64,000 nt of DNA from Acidilobaceae archaeon (lineage in GTDB: Archaea; Thermoproteota; Thermoprotei_A; Sulfolobales; Acidilobaceae), in assembly GCA_038897215.1 (NCBI GenBank), contig JAWAWX010000001.1, forward strand, positions 736,001 to 800,000. Direction: 5' to 3'. Shown piece after piece: positions 9,436-18,939 of this stretch. The notes under the pieces are model-generated. The model worked only from the letters and a program-made list of their open reading frames with translations. It was not told the DNA's origin and did not search any database. Both the position numbers and the translations under genes were made by a program. The first letter of the stretch is position 1. Every line of letters starts with the position of its first letter.

Positions 9436-10060
9436 TCCTCTCGGCTCTACTCTCCCCTACGACTCTCTGGAGCTCAGCCAGGCTGGCTGTAAACACGTTC
9501 TCGACAGTCTTGAATTGCTCTAACAGCTTCTCAGCGAGTCTAGGCCCGATCCCGGGGAGGGAGCTGACCACGTAGAGTTGCCACTCTCTCAGAGTAGAGA
9601 GCCTAGGCTTCTTGTGGATGACCGCTCGGCCTCCTCCCCTTTCTTCAGCAGACTTTCTGGCAAGAGCCTCTATGAGAGACGCGCTCTCTCTAGGGCTAGA
9701 GCTGAAGAGGATTCTAGCGTCGAAGCTCAAGACTAGAGCCGCTAGAGCGCTGTGGATCTGCTTGAGCTTGTTGTGAAATAGCCTGAAGTCTCTCGGGTCT
9801 CCTTCTACGATGTAGACGACCACGTCGTAGGAGTCAGAGAGCCTAGATGCTTGCTCGAAAAGCCTCCCGTCGAAGAGAGAGCTAGCGAAATCAGCTACAG
9901 TCTTCCTCTCCACAGCGACACCACCTGGTAGCACGTAATCCCCTATCTCGAGCTGCTTCCTAAAGACTATGAGCCCTGCTGCTTCGAGAAGCGAGGGTAT
10001 CCCGCTTGGCTCTTCTCTGTAGTCAGCGTAGACTCTCACCTTCTTCTCCACAGCACTCAC
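9356..10060 (-). CDS. xpf: Short crenarchaeal XPF/ERCC4 structure-specific nuclease
   Basis: DYRE, GDY, VERKT motifs, tandem HhH (LPGIGP), PIP box QDLSEFL. Confidence 0.93.
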   Translation of the reverse strand: MSAVEKKVRVYADYREEPSGIPSLLEAAGLIVFRKQLEIGDYVLPGGVAVERKTVADFASSLFDGRLFEQASRLSDSYDVVVYIVEGDPRDFRLFHNKLKQIHSALAALVLSFDARILFSSSPRESASLIEALARKSAEERGGGRAVIHKKPRLSTLREWQLYVVSSLPGIGPRLAEKLLEQFKTVENVFTASLAELQRVVGESRAERIKALLKTPYERREKRAQDLSEFLESP

Positions 10061-11076
10061 TCCCTGCAGATCCTCCCTATCCTCCCGGGCAGGAAGCTGG
10101 CTATCTCTTCCGCTATCTCACTCGAGTCTAGGCTACTCTTGACGTGAGCCATAGCAACCTCCTCGTGCCCTCCCCCCTCTCCTCCCAGCTTGCTGGCCAC
10201 GTAGGAGGCCACGTCGGAGGCTTTGACTCCCCGGGCTAGAGCTCTCTTCGAGACTCTAACGGAGACTCTCTTAGACTCCCCCCTGTCGACCACGACTAGA
10301 GCCACGTCGGCTCCCAGCTCTACGAGCTTCTTGGCTACGAGCGATTCGTGAGAGCCCACGCTCGTAGACGCTATCAGGATGTCGGAGCAGGCCTTGCCCA
10401 GCTTCAGTCTAGACAGAGCCTTCAGGACAGCTACTCTCTCGGAGAGCTCCTCAACCCACTCTTTCTCGACGCGGAGGAGCTCTACTACCTTACCGTAGTC
10501 GCAGCCATAATCTAGGAGCTTGGCTGCAGCTAGGAGGGAGTGCTTTGTTGCTATAGAGAACCTCCTGCTATCGTAGAGGATCCCCGCTAGCGCGAGTTCA
10601 GCCACATGGCTCTCTATCGAGACACCCAGCTTAGAGCAGGCTTCCACCAACAGCTCGGTCGTAGACGGGGAGCTCTCATCCACTATAGCCACGTCGGCTC
10701 TCTTAGCCAGCTCTCCTAGCTTATGGTGGTCGAAGACGACGAGCTTCCCCGCAGAGAGGCAGAGAGAAGCCTTGTCTCCGAGCTGAGCAGGGTTAGAGGA
10801 GTCCACCACGATGCATACATCAAGGCTCTCACTGCTATCGCAGCTCTCCTCTAGCTCTAGCGAGAGAGCGGCAACCAGCCTCTTCGAAGCCTTAGACAAG
10901 CCCTCGGGCACGGCTATGCAGACTCTTGCCCCGAAGTGGGAGGCTATTCTAGCAGCCAGAACGAGAGAGGCTAGAGCGTCGGGGTCTGCGTTCGAGTGCG
11001 TCGCAACCCCGACTAGCCTAGAGCGCCTCAAGACCTCCTCCAGCCTCGCCAGAGACTCGGGGGGCACTGCCTCCAA
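10057..11076 (-). CDS. DHH family phosphoesterase with DHHA1 domain
   Basis: THSNADPDA, VVD, FDHH, GGGH motifs. Confidence 0.9.
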   Translation of the reverse strand: MEAVPPESLARLEEVLRRSRLVGVATHSNADPDALASLVLAARIASHFGARVCIAVPEGLSKASKRLVAALSLELEESCDSSESLDVCIVVDSSNPAQLGDKASLCLSAGKLVVFDHHKLGELAKRADVAIVDESSPSTTELLVEACSKLGVSIESHVAELALAGILYDSRRFSIATKHSLLAAAKLLDYGCDYGKVVELLRVEKEWVEELSERVAVLKALSRLKLGKACSDILIASTSVGSHESLVAKKLVELGADVALVVVDRGESKRVSVRVSKRALARGVKASDVASYVASKLGGEGGGHEEVAMAHVKSSLDSSEIAEEIASFLPGRIGRICRE

Positions 11077-11261
11077 TCTCCTACCTCCTCCAGCCTCGCC
11101 GCTCGTCGAGAGCTATATAGTAGCTCCCGAGGAGGCCCCCTGCTCGCTCAGCGATAGGCAGCACGCGTGGGGCAGGAGGGGGAGGGCTTACGGCGATCGA
11201 GGCAGCTGTCCGCTCGGCTCTCTCCCCCTGTGGCGGCTCCCGCCTGCTCCACGGTGTTGGG

Positions 11262-13133
11262 GTGTTGAGGAGAGGCTTGAGCGGCCTCCTCTCGATTCTG
11301 GTCCTATCCGTCATAGTCTCTTCTCTCGTAGTCTTCTCGCTAAGCCTGCACTCCCGCCTGCTGGAGGAGTCGAGGAGAGCGGCTCTAGAGGTCTCTCAGA
11401 CAGTGCTAGACTCCGTCAACCCCCCCGTCATCAGCCTAGACACGGCCAACGGCTCTCTAGAGGTCGAGATATACTCGAGCGCTCCAATCAAGGTCTCTCA
11501 CGTCATAGCTCTCCTCCAGGACTCTAGGGTAGTCATCAAGAGAGTCGGCGAGGAGGTGGACGGGTTTAGGAGAGTCACTCTACTGGATAACTACTCGTGC
11601 GAGAAAGTCAAAGTCCTGGTAGTTCTCGAGAGAGGCAACGTAGTCTACTGGAGCCCCGAGAGAGACCCGAGGATAGGGAGCACCCCCAGCTCTTGGGATG
11701 GCTGGTTCGCGTGTGAACTCTCGCGAGTCTCCTCGGTAAGGTCTCAGGAGCGTGGCGTAGCGGAGCTATCGAGAAGCCTTAGAGTCATAGGCTACACCTC
11801 GGCCAGAGTAGACCCTCTGAGCTTCGCCACAATACTCGAGGCTAGAGCTCCTCAAGTACTGTCCTCGAAGACCCTGACTCCCAGAGTAGAGCTCTCATTC
11901 ACTCTCTCGGTATACGGTGATTCACTGATAGTTAGGACTCCCGAGAGATCCCAGAGGTCCGGCGTAGGGTCTGTAGAGGTAGCAGTGGTCGACCTCGGTG
12001 ATGGAGTGAAGGCTAGAGTGATGGCTCACGCCAAGCTCATTAGGGAAGCCGGGATATCTCGACTTCAGTATGTGTGGCTAACGCTATCTACAGAGAATCC
12101 ATCGGTTTTCAAAGGCTCCATAGAGGTCGTATATCCGCGCCCGAATTACTATCTCGAGAGCCCCAGCGCGCCCACTGGAAACAGCCTGTCCAGATTCATC
12201 TCCGCTTTAGCCTACTCCCCTAGAGGTAGCCAATCCTTCTATGCGATCACGTCCTTCGCTAGAACTGACGATACTCGAGGCATATATCCAAGATATCATG
12301 TTATCATAGAGAGTGAAGCTCGAGGACTCTATGAAACCAATGGGCCAATAGTCATTTTATACAACGGCTTAGCTAACATTATCACAACACATTCTATTCA
12401 AGTCAGACTGACCATAAACGAGGTAACGATCTACTCGATGAGCCCCGCTAAGATAAGGATTGAGGGGTCGGAGGCTATAAGAGCTAGAGTAGCAGTCTTC
12501 AGCTACGAGCCTCTCAATGAAGGCGATCTCTTCACCTACTCGATATACGATGCTATAGCAACATCTTCAATGCCCTCTATCAGGCTGGGCGCTTGCTACA
12601 CTGCATCATCGTGCTCCTACATGGTTCTCGGGAATGAGTGGACTAGCTTCTGGAGCCCTCTAGGGGTCTTCGAGATAGAGCTGCTCCCGAGAGCAAGCCA
12701 GGCTCTGAGACCTGTGAGCTTCGAGTTCACCTGCTTCTCCGGCACTCCAGCCTCTTGCACTAACTGGACTCTACGAGGGTCGAGCTCCGAGGGGCTCCTC
12801 CCAACTCAATCCACCACGCCATACCTCATCGAAATCCAGGCTCCCGGAGGCTTCAGAGCCATCATAGCAGCTCCTACTACAGGCCTACTGGCTGTCTCTC
12901 AGGGAGCTGGAGTAGAGCAAAGAGGCTACGTGACGGTAATCCGGGACGCTCCTCTCACAGCGACATCAACGCTATACTGGGCTCCAGCCCTAGTAGACTG
13001 GAGCAGTCTCAAAGCCCGAGTTCTGGTAGACGTTAGGTCAGCGCCTCTCAGAGAGCCTGCTACAAGGCAAGCGTACTACGTGGTCACGGGAGGCGAGACT
13101 CTCAGCGAGAGTTCACTAGCCTGCGTCACCTAG
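11262..13133 (+). CDS. Large surface protein with putative class III (type IV pilin-like) signal peptide
   Basis: RRG|LSGLLSILVL N-terminus followed by a Ser/Thr-rich beta-type body. Confidence 0.55.
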   Translation: MLRRGLSGLLSILVLSVIVSSLVVFSLSLHSRLLEESRRAALEVSQTVLDSVNPPVISLDTANGSLEVEIYSSAPIKVSHVIALLQDSRVVIKRVGEEVDGFRRVTLLDNYSCEKVKVLVVLERGNVVYWSPERDPRIGSTPSSWDGWFACELSRVSSVRSQERGVAELSRSLRVIGYTSARVDPLSFATILEARAPQVLSSKTLTPRVELSFTLSVYGDSLIVRTPERSQRSGVGSVEVAVVDLGDGVKARVMAHAKLIREAGISRLQYVWLTLSTENPSVFKGSIEVVYPRPNYYLESPSAPTGNSLSRFISALAYSPRGSQSFYAITSFARTDDTRGIYPRYHVIIESEARGLYETNGPIVILYNGLANIITTHSIQVRLTINEVTIYSMSPAKIRIEGSEAIRARVAVFSYEPLNEGDLFTYSIYDAIATSSMPSIRLGACYTASSCSYMVLGNEWTSFWSPLGVFEIELLPRASQALRPVSFEFTCFSGTPASCTNWTLRGSSSEGLLPTQSTTPYLIEIQAPGGFRAIIAAPTTGLLAVSQGAGVEQRGYVTVIRDAPLTATSTLYWAPALVDWSSLKARVLVDVRSAPLREPATRQAYYVVTGGETLSESSLACVT

Positions 13134-13396
13134 CCTTACGCGATCGGAGCCTCGAGGCCGACACGGAGAGCCGAGATTAGGCGGCGATGCCAGCCGATGT
13201 GAGAGCCGAACCCTCTGCAGCTACGTGAGCGAGGCGAGCTACGGCAGCTAGGCTTTTGTGACGCAGACGATGCAGGCCAGCACGATTCTCCGTGGGAGGA
13301 GAGCAGTACCGGCGCCCGGAGTAACCGGGGAGTTAGCTAAAGCCCAAGGAGCCGGAGTCCTTAAGAGTCCTCTCCTATTTTCAGCCATAGCCGGCT

Positions 13397-16300
13397 ATGG
13401 TGTCTAGCGTGAACTCGAAGAGAGTTCTAGGCTTGGTCTTGGCGGCGTTAGTAGTAGCGCCTCTGATCCTCGCGATGGTCCCGGCTCAGGCTCAGATCCC
13501 TCCAGCTCTGGTACTCTACACGGCTGTAGCTAGCCCCGGCACGGAGCTATTCTTCATGCTTGACAGAACACTAATACCAATACCGGGGCATCCTGTGGCT
13601 GATGCTCATGAGCTATTCTTTTATCTGAGCGGGAATGTCTACGCGGAGATCACTATAGGAGACAGGTTGCTCGGTAGTGCCGTGGTGTACAATTATACAG
13701 TCATATTCGGCAGCATCAAGATACCGGCTGATGTACCTGAGGGAATCTACTGGCTGAAGGTGGCTGCGGCCCCTCAGGCGGGAGCACCAGCGATAGTCTC
13801 AGAGAGCCCAATATACATTGCGGAAGACCCGTCGATGTACGCTACGCTAGCTAGAGAAGACTTGTCGAGGATACCTGTGAGTGAGCCCATCAAGACAACG
13901 AACATTTTCGACTTAACGCTTAATCTCACAGCTGTCTACGTGCTCGTACCGGGCTACGACCTCACAGGAAAGAGTCTAGCCGTGCAGCTCCTAGTAGGCG
14001 GGAACGTGAGGAGGAGCGCTGAGGGGACCATACCGGCTAACGGGACCGCTAGCGCCACATCAGACTTCCTAAGCGGAGCTGTGATATCTAGACCAGCAAT
14101 CTACGTAGTAACCCTCACGGGCGAGATCGCGGACTTCGGCCAGCTACTGGGAGACTTGAAGGTCTGCGCTACACCGCTAGGAGTCAACGTTGTCTGCGCT
14201 AGATACGGGGTCTCGGTGAGCGTCAATATCACGGAGACTTTCACGGGTTACTATGTGAATGTAACTAGCATTTCCAGCATGGGCAAGCCCGTAGTCAACG
14301 AGACGATATCCGTGCCCGAGGTCATTCTCGTTCTGCACCAGGAGGCTAGAGTATACCCTGTTTCCAACGTGAGATCACTCCATCCGGGCGTAGTGGGTCC
14401 AGCTACTGACATGAATGCCGGCGACGTAGTAGAGCTAGAAGTCTTCAACTTCGTGTGCGGAGCTAGGACTTTGATTGTCGAGTTCTTCTCAGTCAAGGGG
14501 GACAAGCTCGTCTCACTTGCCCGCGTCAGCGTGAACACCACAGTGGCTAACGGCTACAGCAGATTCAACGTGACTCTGCCACCGATACTCTATGGAGGCG
14601 AGATGATAATACCGCTGGTCATGGATAGCGTGTGGCCCGGTTACGCGCTCTTCGACATCACGCAGAGTTTCAAGGTGGGACCCTACTTCATTGCTAGAGC
14701 CTTCGATAACGAGGGCAAGCCTGTGATAGAGCCGCCCACGTTCGTGCCCGGCGAGTACATATACATCAGAGGCTATGGCTTCATCATGGAGGAGCTGACC
14801 TTCACTCTCATAGTAGACACGACCAGCATACCCTTGAACATAGTGGCCGGGCCTCTCTGGGATGCCAAGACTGGAGACTTCGCCGTAATAGTCCAGATAC
14901 CAGGTGATGCCATACTAGCACCCGGGGCGTCTGTCACTCTCAGAGTAGCCGGGACGGGAGGCAACTTCTACCAGATAAGCGGGACAGTGACCTACGGAAC
15001 CGTGAGAGTCTATGTCAATCCCAAGGTAGGGTTAGCAGGCATCGACCAGCCAGTCTTCAAGCTACCTCCCTTATTAACTAGGTATCCATACGGCGCCACA
15101 TGGCTGCCTGAGGCTATGCGTACGATTGAGACCATCGAGGTGATAGGCTTCACTCCAGGGACCAGTGTCACTATAAGCCTCGATGGGTATATTATGATAC
15201 CTGCCAAACCTCTACCCACAGGCTACCTGAAGCTAGAGAATGTGAGGATGCCTGTCGAGATACCTCGTGGCAACTACTATGTGGCAGTCGGTGGTGTAAA
15301 TGCAGCCACGAAAGTCCTGGTCGACTCCACTCTCGCCGTATTCGGGCCGCAGGATAGACTGCTGGGTCACATGTACGCTCCAGACAAGATGAGCGAAACA
15401 ATCCACCTACCGCTAGCACTAGACCTGACCATGATAGGTTTTGGCTTTAGTCCAAACAGTATTATCAATATAAAAGTTGTGCGTGTAGGCTTAACTGTGC
15501 CCATATTTGACGGCTCTGTGGAGACTAACGTGCAGGGCTCCTTCAGTTACACGCTACCACTCTCTGTTGTAGCGACACTACCCGGGCAGTATAGGGTCTT
15601 CGTGACTGACCAGACTAGCGGTTTAACTTTCGTGATAAACGTTTACGTGGCAGCGCTACCAGTCTTCACGATCAAGGTAGCAATCGGCCCGGCTCAGTTC
15701 GCCGACCTCCCCGTCAACGTCTGGGTTCTAGCGCTACTCGATAGCGAGCCTCTCGAGCCAGGAAGGGTTGTAGCTCACAACATTGAGGGCATAGTGGTCT
15801 ACTACGACACTAAGGGATATCCGATACTGCACACTCTCACCTTCACATACACAGGCATACCCGGGCTCTTCCACGCAGTCTTCGTCCCAGGGAGCGAGCT
15901 CAAGGGCACGAACGCTGCTGTAATCGTGAGAGCCGAGGTCAGAGTACACGAGCTAGCTCCAGTTCAGACGGCAATCGACATAGCTAGCTTCGTCGTCCCA
16001 CCATACTCGCTCGCCGAGATAAAGGCTATCGTAGAAGACACTCTAGCAAAGCTAGATACTGTAGCCAAGAAGCTCGACGAAATCTCCATGGAGATAGCGG
16101 AAGCGAGGGCTGCTCTAAGCGGGAAGCTAGACGAGGTCCTGGCTAAGATCGACCAGTCTAAGGGCGACATTCTCGCCGCCATAGAGGTCATAGCCATCAA
16201 CCTAGGAGACCTCTCCGTGGCGCTCGCTCAGGTCAACGCTAGCCTGGCGGCGGAGATAGCTAAGGTCGCTGGCAGAGTCGAGTACTATGGCGAGCTGCTC

Positions 16301-17005
16301 GCTAAGGGCCAGATGGACATCAAGACCGCTATAGACGCTGTGAGCGCTGACCTCAAGAGCCTGGCTCAGGCTCTCGCCGACTTCGACAAGAGGACGTCTG
16401 ACAGGCTCTTAGCCATAGCCAGCAGGCTCGACGAAATCTCCAAGCAGATCGCAGACGCCACGAGTGCCATAAGGTCCGATATATCCGCCGTAAGGTCCGA
16501 CGTGGCTGCCGTCTCGAGCAAGATAGACGCTCTGAGCGCTCAGCTCACGAGCGTCGCTAACACTCTAAGGTCCGATATAGCTGCCGTCTCGAGCAAGATA
16601 GACAGCCTGACTGCCATAGCCTCCGGCATACAGTCCGACGTGACAGCGATTAGGAGCGATGTGGGAGCCATCAGGACCACTGTGACAGCGATCGATACCC
16701 GCACTGGCGAGATAAGAACCATCGTGGCCACGATAAACACCAAGGTCGACGACATATCTAGAGTCGTGACGGCTATAAACACTGCTGTAGCGGGCCTAGC
16801 CACGAAGACCGATGTAGCCACAGCTAGAGACGCTGTAACCGGCGCTGTCGACAAAGCTAGGAGCGAGATAATGAGCAAGCTCGCCGACATAGAGACCGTA
16901 GCCGAGACAGCTGCTGGTGTCAGGACGCTAGCGATAATCAACATAATATTAACGCTAATAGTCCTAGGTCTAGCAGCCTACATAGCCTTCGCTAGAAAAG
17001 GCTAA
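13397..17005 (+). CDS. S-layer-like surface glycoprotein with long coiled-coil stalk and C-terminal TM anchor
   Basis: Sec signal, many N-x-S/T sequons, beta-rich domains, ~300-aa coiled coil, hydrophobic helix followed by RKG. Confidence 0.75.
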   Translation: MVSSVNSKRVLGLVLAALVVAPLILAMVPAQAQIPPALVLYTAVASPGTELFFMLDRTLIPIPGHPVADAHELFFYLSGNVYAEITIGDRLLGSAVVYNYTVIFGSIKIPADVPEGIYWLKVAAAPQAGAPAIVSESPIYIAEDPSMYATLAREDLSRIPVSEPIKTTNIFDLTLNLTAVYVLVPGYDLTGKSLAVQLLVGGNVRRSAEGTIPANGTASATSDFLSGAVISRPAIYVVTLTGEIADFGQLLGDLKVCATPLGVNVVCARYGVSVSVNITETFTGYYVNVTSISSMGKPVVNETISVPEVILVLHQEARVYPVSNVRSLHPGVVGPATDMNAGDVVELEVFNFVCGARTLIVEFFSVKGDKLVSLARVSVNTTVANGYSRFNVTLPPILYGGEMIIPLVMDSVWPGYALFDITQSFKVGPYFIARAFDNEGKPVIEPPTFVPGEYIYIRGYGFIMEELTFTLIVDTTSIPLNIVAGPLWDAKTGDFAVIVQIPGDAILAPGASVTLRVAGTGGNFYQISGTVTYGTVRVYVNPKVGLAGIDQPVFKLPPLLTRYPYGATWLPEAMRTIETIEVIGFTPGTSVTISLDGYIMIPAKPLPTGYLKLENVRMPVEIPRGNYYVAVGGVNAATKVLVDSTLAVFGPQDRLLGHMYAPDKMSETIHLPLALDLTMIGFGFSPNSIINIKVVRVGLTVPIFDGSVETNVQGSFSYTLPLSVVATLPGQYRVFVTDQTSGLTFVINVYVAALPVFTIKVAIGPAQFADLPVNVWVLALLDSEPLEPGRVVAHNIEGIVVYYDTKGYPILHTLTFTYTGIPGLFHAVFVPGSELKGTNAAVIVRAEVRVHELAPVQTAIDIASFVVPPYSLAEIKAIVEDTLAKLDTVAKKLDEISMEIAEARAALSGKLDEVLAKIDQSKGDILAAIEVIAINLGDLSVALAQVNASLAAEIAKVAGRVEYYGELLAKGQMDIKTAIDAVSADLKSLAQALADFDKRTSDRLLAIASRLDEISKQIADATSAIRSDISAVRSDVAAVSSKIDALSAQLTSVANTLRSDIAAVSSKIDSLTAIASGIQSDVTAIRSDVGAIRTTVTAIDTRTGEIRTIVATINTKVDDISRVVTAINTAVAGLATKTDVATARDAVTGAVDKARSEIMSKLADIETVAETAAGVRTLAIINIILTLIVLGLAAYIAFARKG
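16470..16603 (+). repeat. Internal coding duplication in the stalk (38-bp copies at 16491-16528 and 16566-16603)
   Basis: 35/38 identical, 75 bp apart; partial third copy TAAGGTCCGATATA at 16470. Confidence 0.85.
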
Positions 17006-17029
17006 TTCCTCCCGAATTACTCCCCCCTC

Positions 17030-17045
17030 CTCTCTCTTTTTTATT
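17030..17045 (+). terminator. Pyrimidine/oligo-T terminator
   Basis: CTCTCTCTTTTTTATT just after the S-layer-like gene. Confidence 0.55.
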
Positions 17046-17080
17046 CCTCTCTGAACAGAGTTCTCCAGCGGGCTCCGGGC

Positions 17081-17857
17081 TTGGTCGTGAGCGTGGAGAT
17101 AAGCGGTGTTCTAGAGCGAAGACTCAGAAAGCTCGTAGAGCTCGGCCTCTACGGAAGCGTGTCTGAGGTTGTGAGAGACGCCTTGAGGAGATACTTCGAG
17201 AGCCTCGACTTGAAGAGAGTAGCGTTAGACCTCTACCTCTCGAGAGAGGTCAGCTTAGGCTATGCGGCCGACGTCGCTGGAGTATCGTACGACGAGTTTC
17301 TAGACAATCTAGTCTACAGAGGAGTCCAGCCCCTCCTCGGAGTCCTGGACTCTGGCGAGGTCGCGGCTGTGGGGGGAGAGCTCCTCCTAGACCCCTCGAG
17401 CGTCTACGTTATCTACAAGTCTAGGCTCGTGGATCTGATCGCGTCAGCTGGAGGCCACGATGTCAAGATGCTGGCTCCGAGACAGCTAGCTCCCAGGATT
17501 CAGGCGCTCAACGCTCTCCGGGTAAGAGTAGGGCTCCCCGCGGTCCTAGTATCCGGCTACGTCGACCTGGAGGTGGACGAGAGCGAGGACTTCGGAGCAG
17601 TCACCCCACTCGAGAAAGCATGTATAGACTACGCGGCTAGAGAGAGGCTGCCTCTGATAAGCGATGATCTGAGAGTGAGAGCTGAAGCTCGCCGCAGAGG
17701 GGCTCGCGCTCACTCCTCTCTCTCCATACTAGAGACGCTGATCGAGAAGGGCTCGCTCTCGGACGCCAGAATCCTGAGGGAGACGATACTGTCGCTCAAA
17801 GCGGTGCCGGTCCTGGTCCCGGCTGAGCTGGAGGAGAGATGGCTTGCCAGAAAATAG
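17081..17857 (+). CDS. RHH + UPF0175 + PIN domain fusion protein
   Basis: RHH (VSVEIS..GLYGSVSEVVRDALR), UPF0175-type SLGYAADVAGVS, PIN motifs LLLDPS and LISDDLRVR. Confidence 0.7.
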   Translation: MVVSVEISGVLERRLRKLVELGLYGSVSEVVRDALRRYFESLDLKRVALDLYLSREVSLGYAADVAGVSYDEFLDNLVYRGVQPLLGVLDSGEVAAVGGELLLDPSSVYVIYKSRLVDLIASAGGHDVKMLAPRQLAPRIQALNALRVRVGLPAVLVSGYVDLEVDESEDFGAVTPLEKACIDYAARERLPLISDDLRVRAEARRRGARAHSSLSILETLIEKGSLSDARILRETILSLKAVPVLVPAELEERWLARK

Positions 17858-18362
17858 GGGGATAGCCATAGTCCTAGATGTGTCTCTCAGCATGGGGAAG
17901 CCCTACGGGGACCTTGTCCCCAGCAAGCTAGCCGCTGTAGTAGAGGCTGTGGCTTTCTTCGGAAGGAGAGCTCTAGAGAGCGGTGCTTGCGTGTCTCTCG
18001 CGGTATTCCACGAGAACGCTGTCCCCATACTGCCCCCCACTAGGTCTTACAAGGACTTCATAGAAGCCCTCTCGGAGATAACGAGAACCTATGAGGGGTC
18101 ATCTCTAGGAGACGGCATAATATGGGGGGTCAAGCTCCTAAGGCAGCATAGAGGGCAGAAGATGTTAGTAGCCATAACCGACGGCGAGGTGACAGGAGGA
18201 GTCCCCGTAAAGCTAGCTCTAGCCTACGCTAGAGCGTCCAGAGTAGACTCCAGGATCTTGCTCATAGGAGACGAGGCTATACACGAAGCCCCTCTCGAGA
18301 TAGTTAGGAGAGTGAAGAGCAAGGAAGACCTGGCGAGAGCTCTGGGGGAGCTCCTCACGTGA
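17844..18362 (+). CDS. Single-domain vWA protein with intact MIDAS
   Basis: IVLDVSLSM (DxSxS), ITDG. Confidence 0.85.
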   Translation: MPENRGIAIVLDVSLSMGKPYGDLVPSKLAAVVEAVAFFGRRALESGACVSLAVFHENAVPILPPTRSYKDFIEALSEITRTYEGSSLGDGIIWGVKLLRQHRGQKMLVAITDGEVTGGVPVKLALAYARASRVDSRILLIGDEAIHEAPLEIVRRVKSKEDLARALGELLT

Positions 18363-18883
18363 GCCTAGCGATCATCTTAGCAGAGAAGACGGCTTCTATA
18401 GAGAAGGAGCTAGCAGCGAGGCTACTCGAGTCTCTCGTCTCTCTAGCCGAGTCTAGTGGTATGAGCGTAGCCGTAGTCTTCTACGGAGAGAGAGTAGCAC
18501 CGATCCTCGACCCTACCAGCGACCCCGACATTGAGACCCTCCTGGAGGTCTACGAGTCTCCACCAGACCTAGGCAAGAGCCCCAGGCTGGAGGAGGCTCT
18601 ATCTGAGGCTCTCGAGCTGGTTTTAGAGTACGCGTCGAGCAGCTGGTCTCCCAGAGTTGTCACTCTCTGGTCAGCGGCCGTTAAGCCTTCGAGGCTCACG
18701 GACAGCCTGCTCCTAGCTCTAGAGAAGGCGGGCTCGCAGACAGCTATAGCAGCTCTCAGACCGAGCCTCCCAGGCTGGATCAAATACCACCAAGTCATAG
18801 CTTCTAGAACGAGAACAGTGAGAGCTAACGCTAACCAAGCCAGGATAGCTGAGGCTCTCCTCTTCGGGAGCACTAAGCCTTAA
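18359..18883 (+). CDS. Degenerate vWA-like protein
   Basis: Same strand/helix order as the upstream vWA (VAVVFYGERVAPILDPT), no DxSxS; GTGA coupling. Confidence 0.55.
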   Translation: MSLAIILAEKTASIEKELAARLLESLVSLAESSGMSVAVVFYGERVAPILDPTSDPDIETLLEVYESPPDLGKSPRLEEALSEALELVLEYASSSWSPRVVTLWSAAVKPSRLTDSLLLALEKAGSQTAIAALRPSLPGWIKYHQVIASRTRTVRANANQARIAEALLFGSTKP

Positions 18884-18939
18884 CCTCGTTAAAGCCTCAG
18901 AGGAGCACAGTGTAGAGGAGGTGGCCGGACTCGGCTAGG

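Noticed and set aside
10811-11527. 238-aa plus-strand ORF and the many short antisense ORFs in the track
   Set aside because: Shadow frames of well-supported genes with Ser/Leu-rich antisense composition
13134-13396. Possible structured RNA (CACGGAGAG/TTCTCCGTG pairing) before the S-layer-like gene
   Set aside because: Only one short helix identified and no recognisable motif; insufficient support
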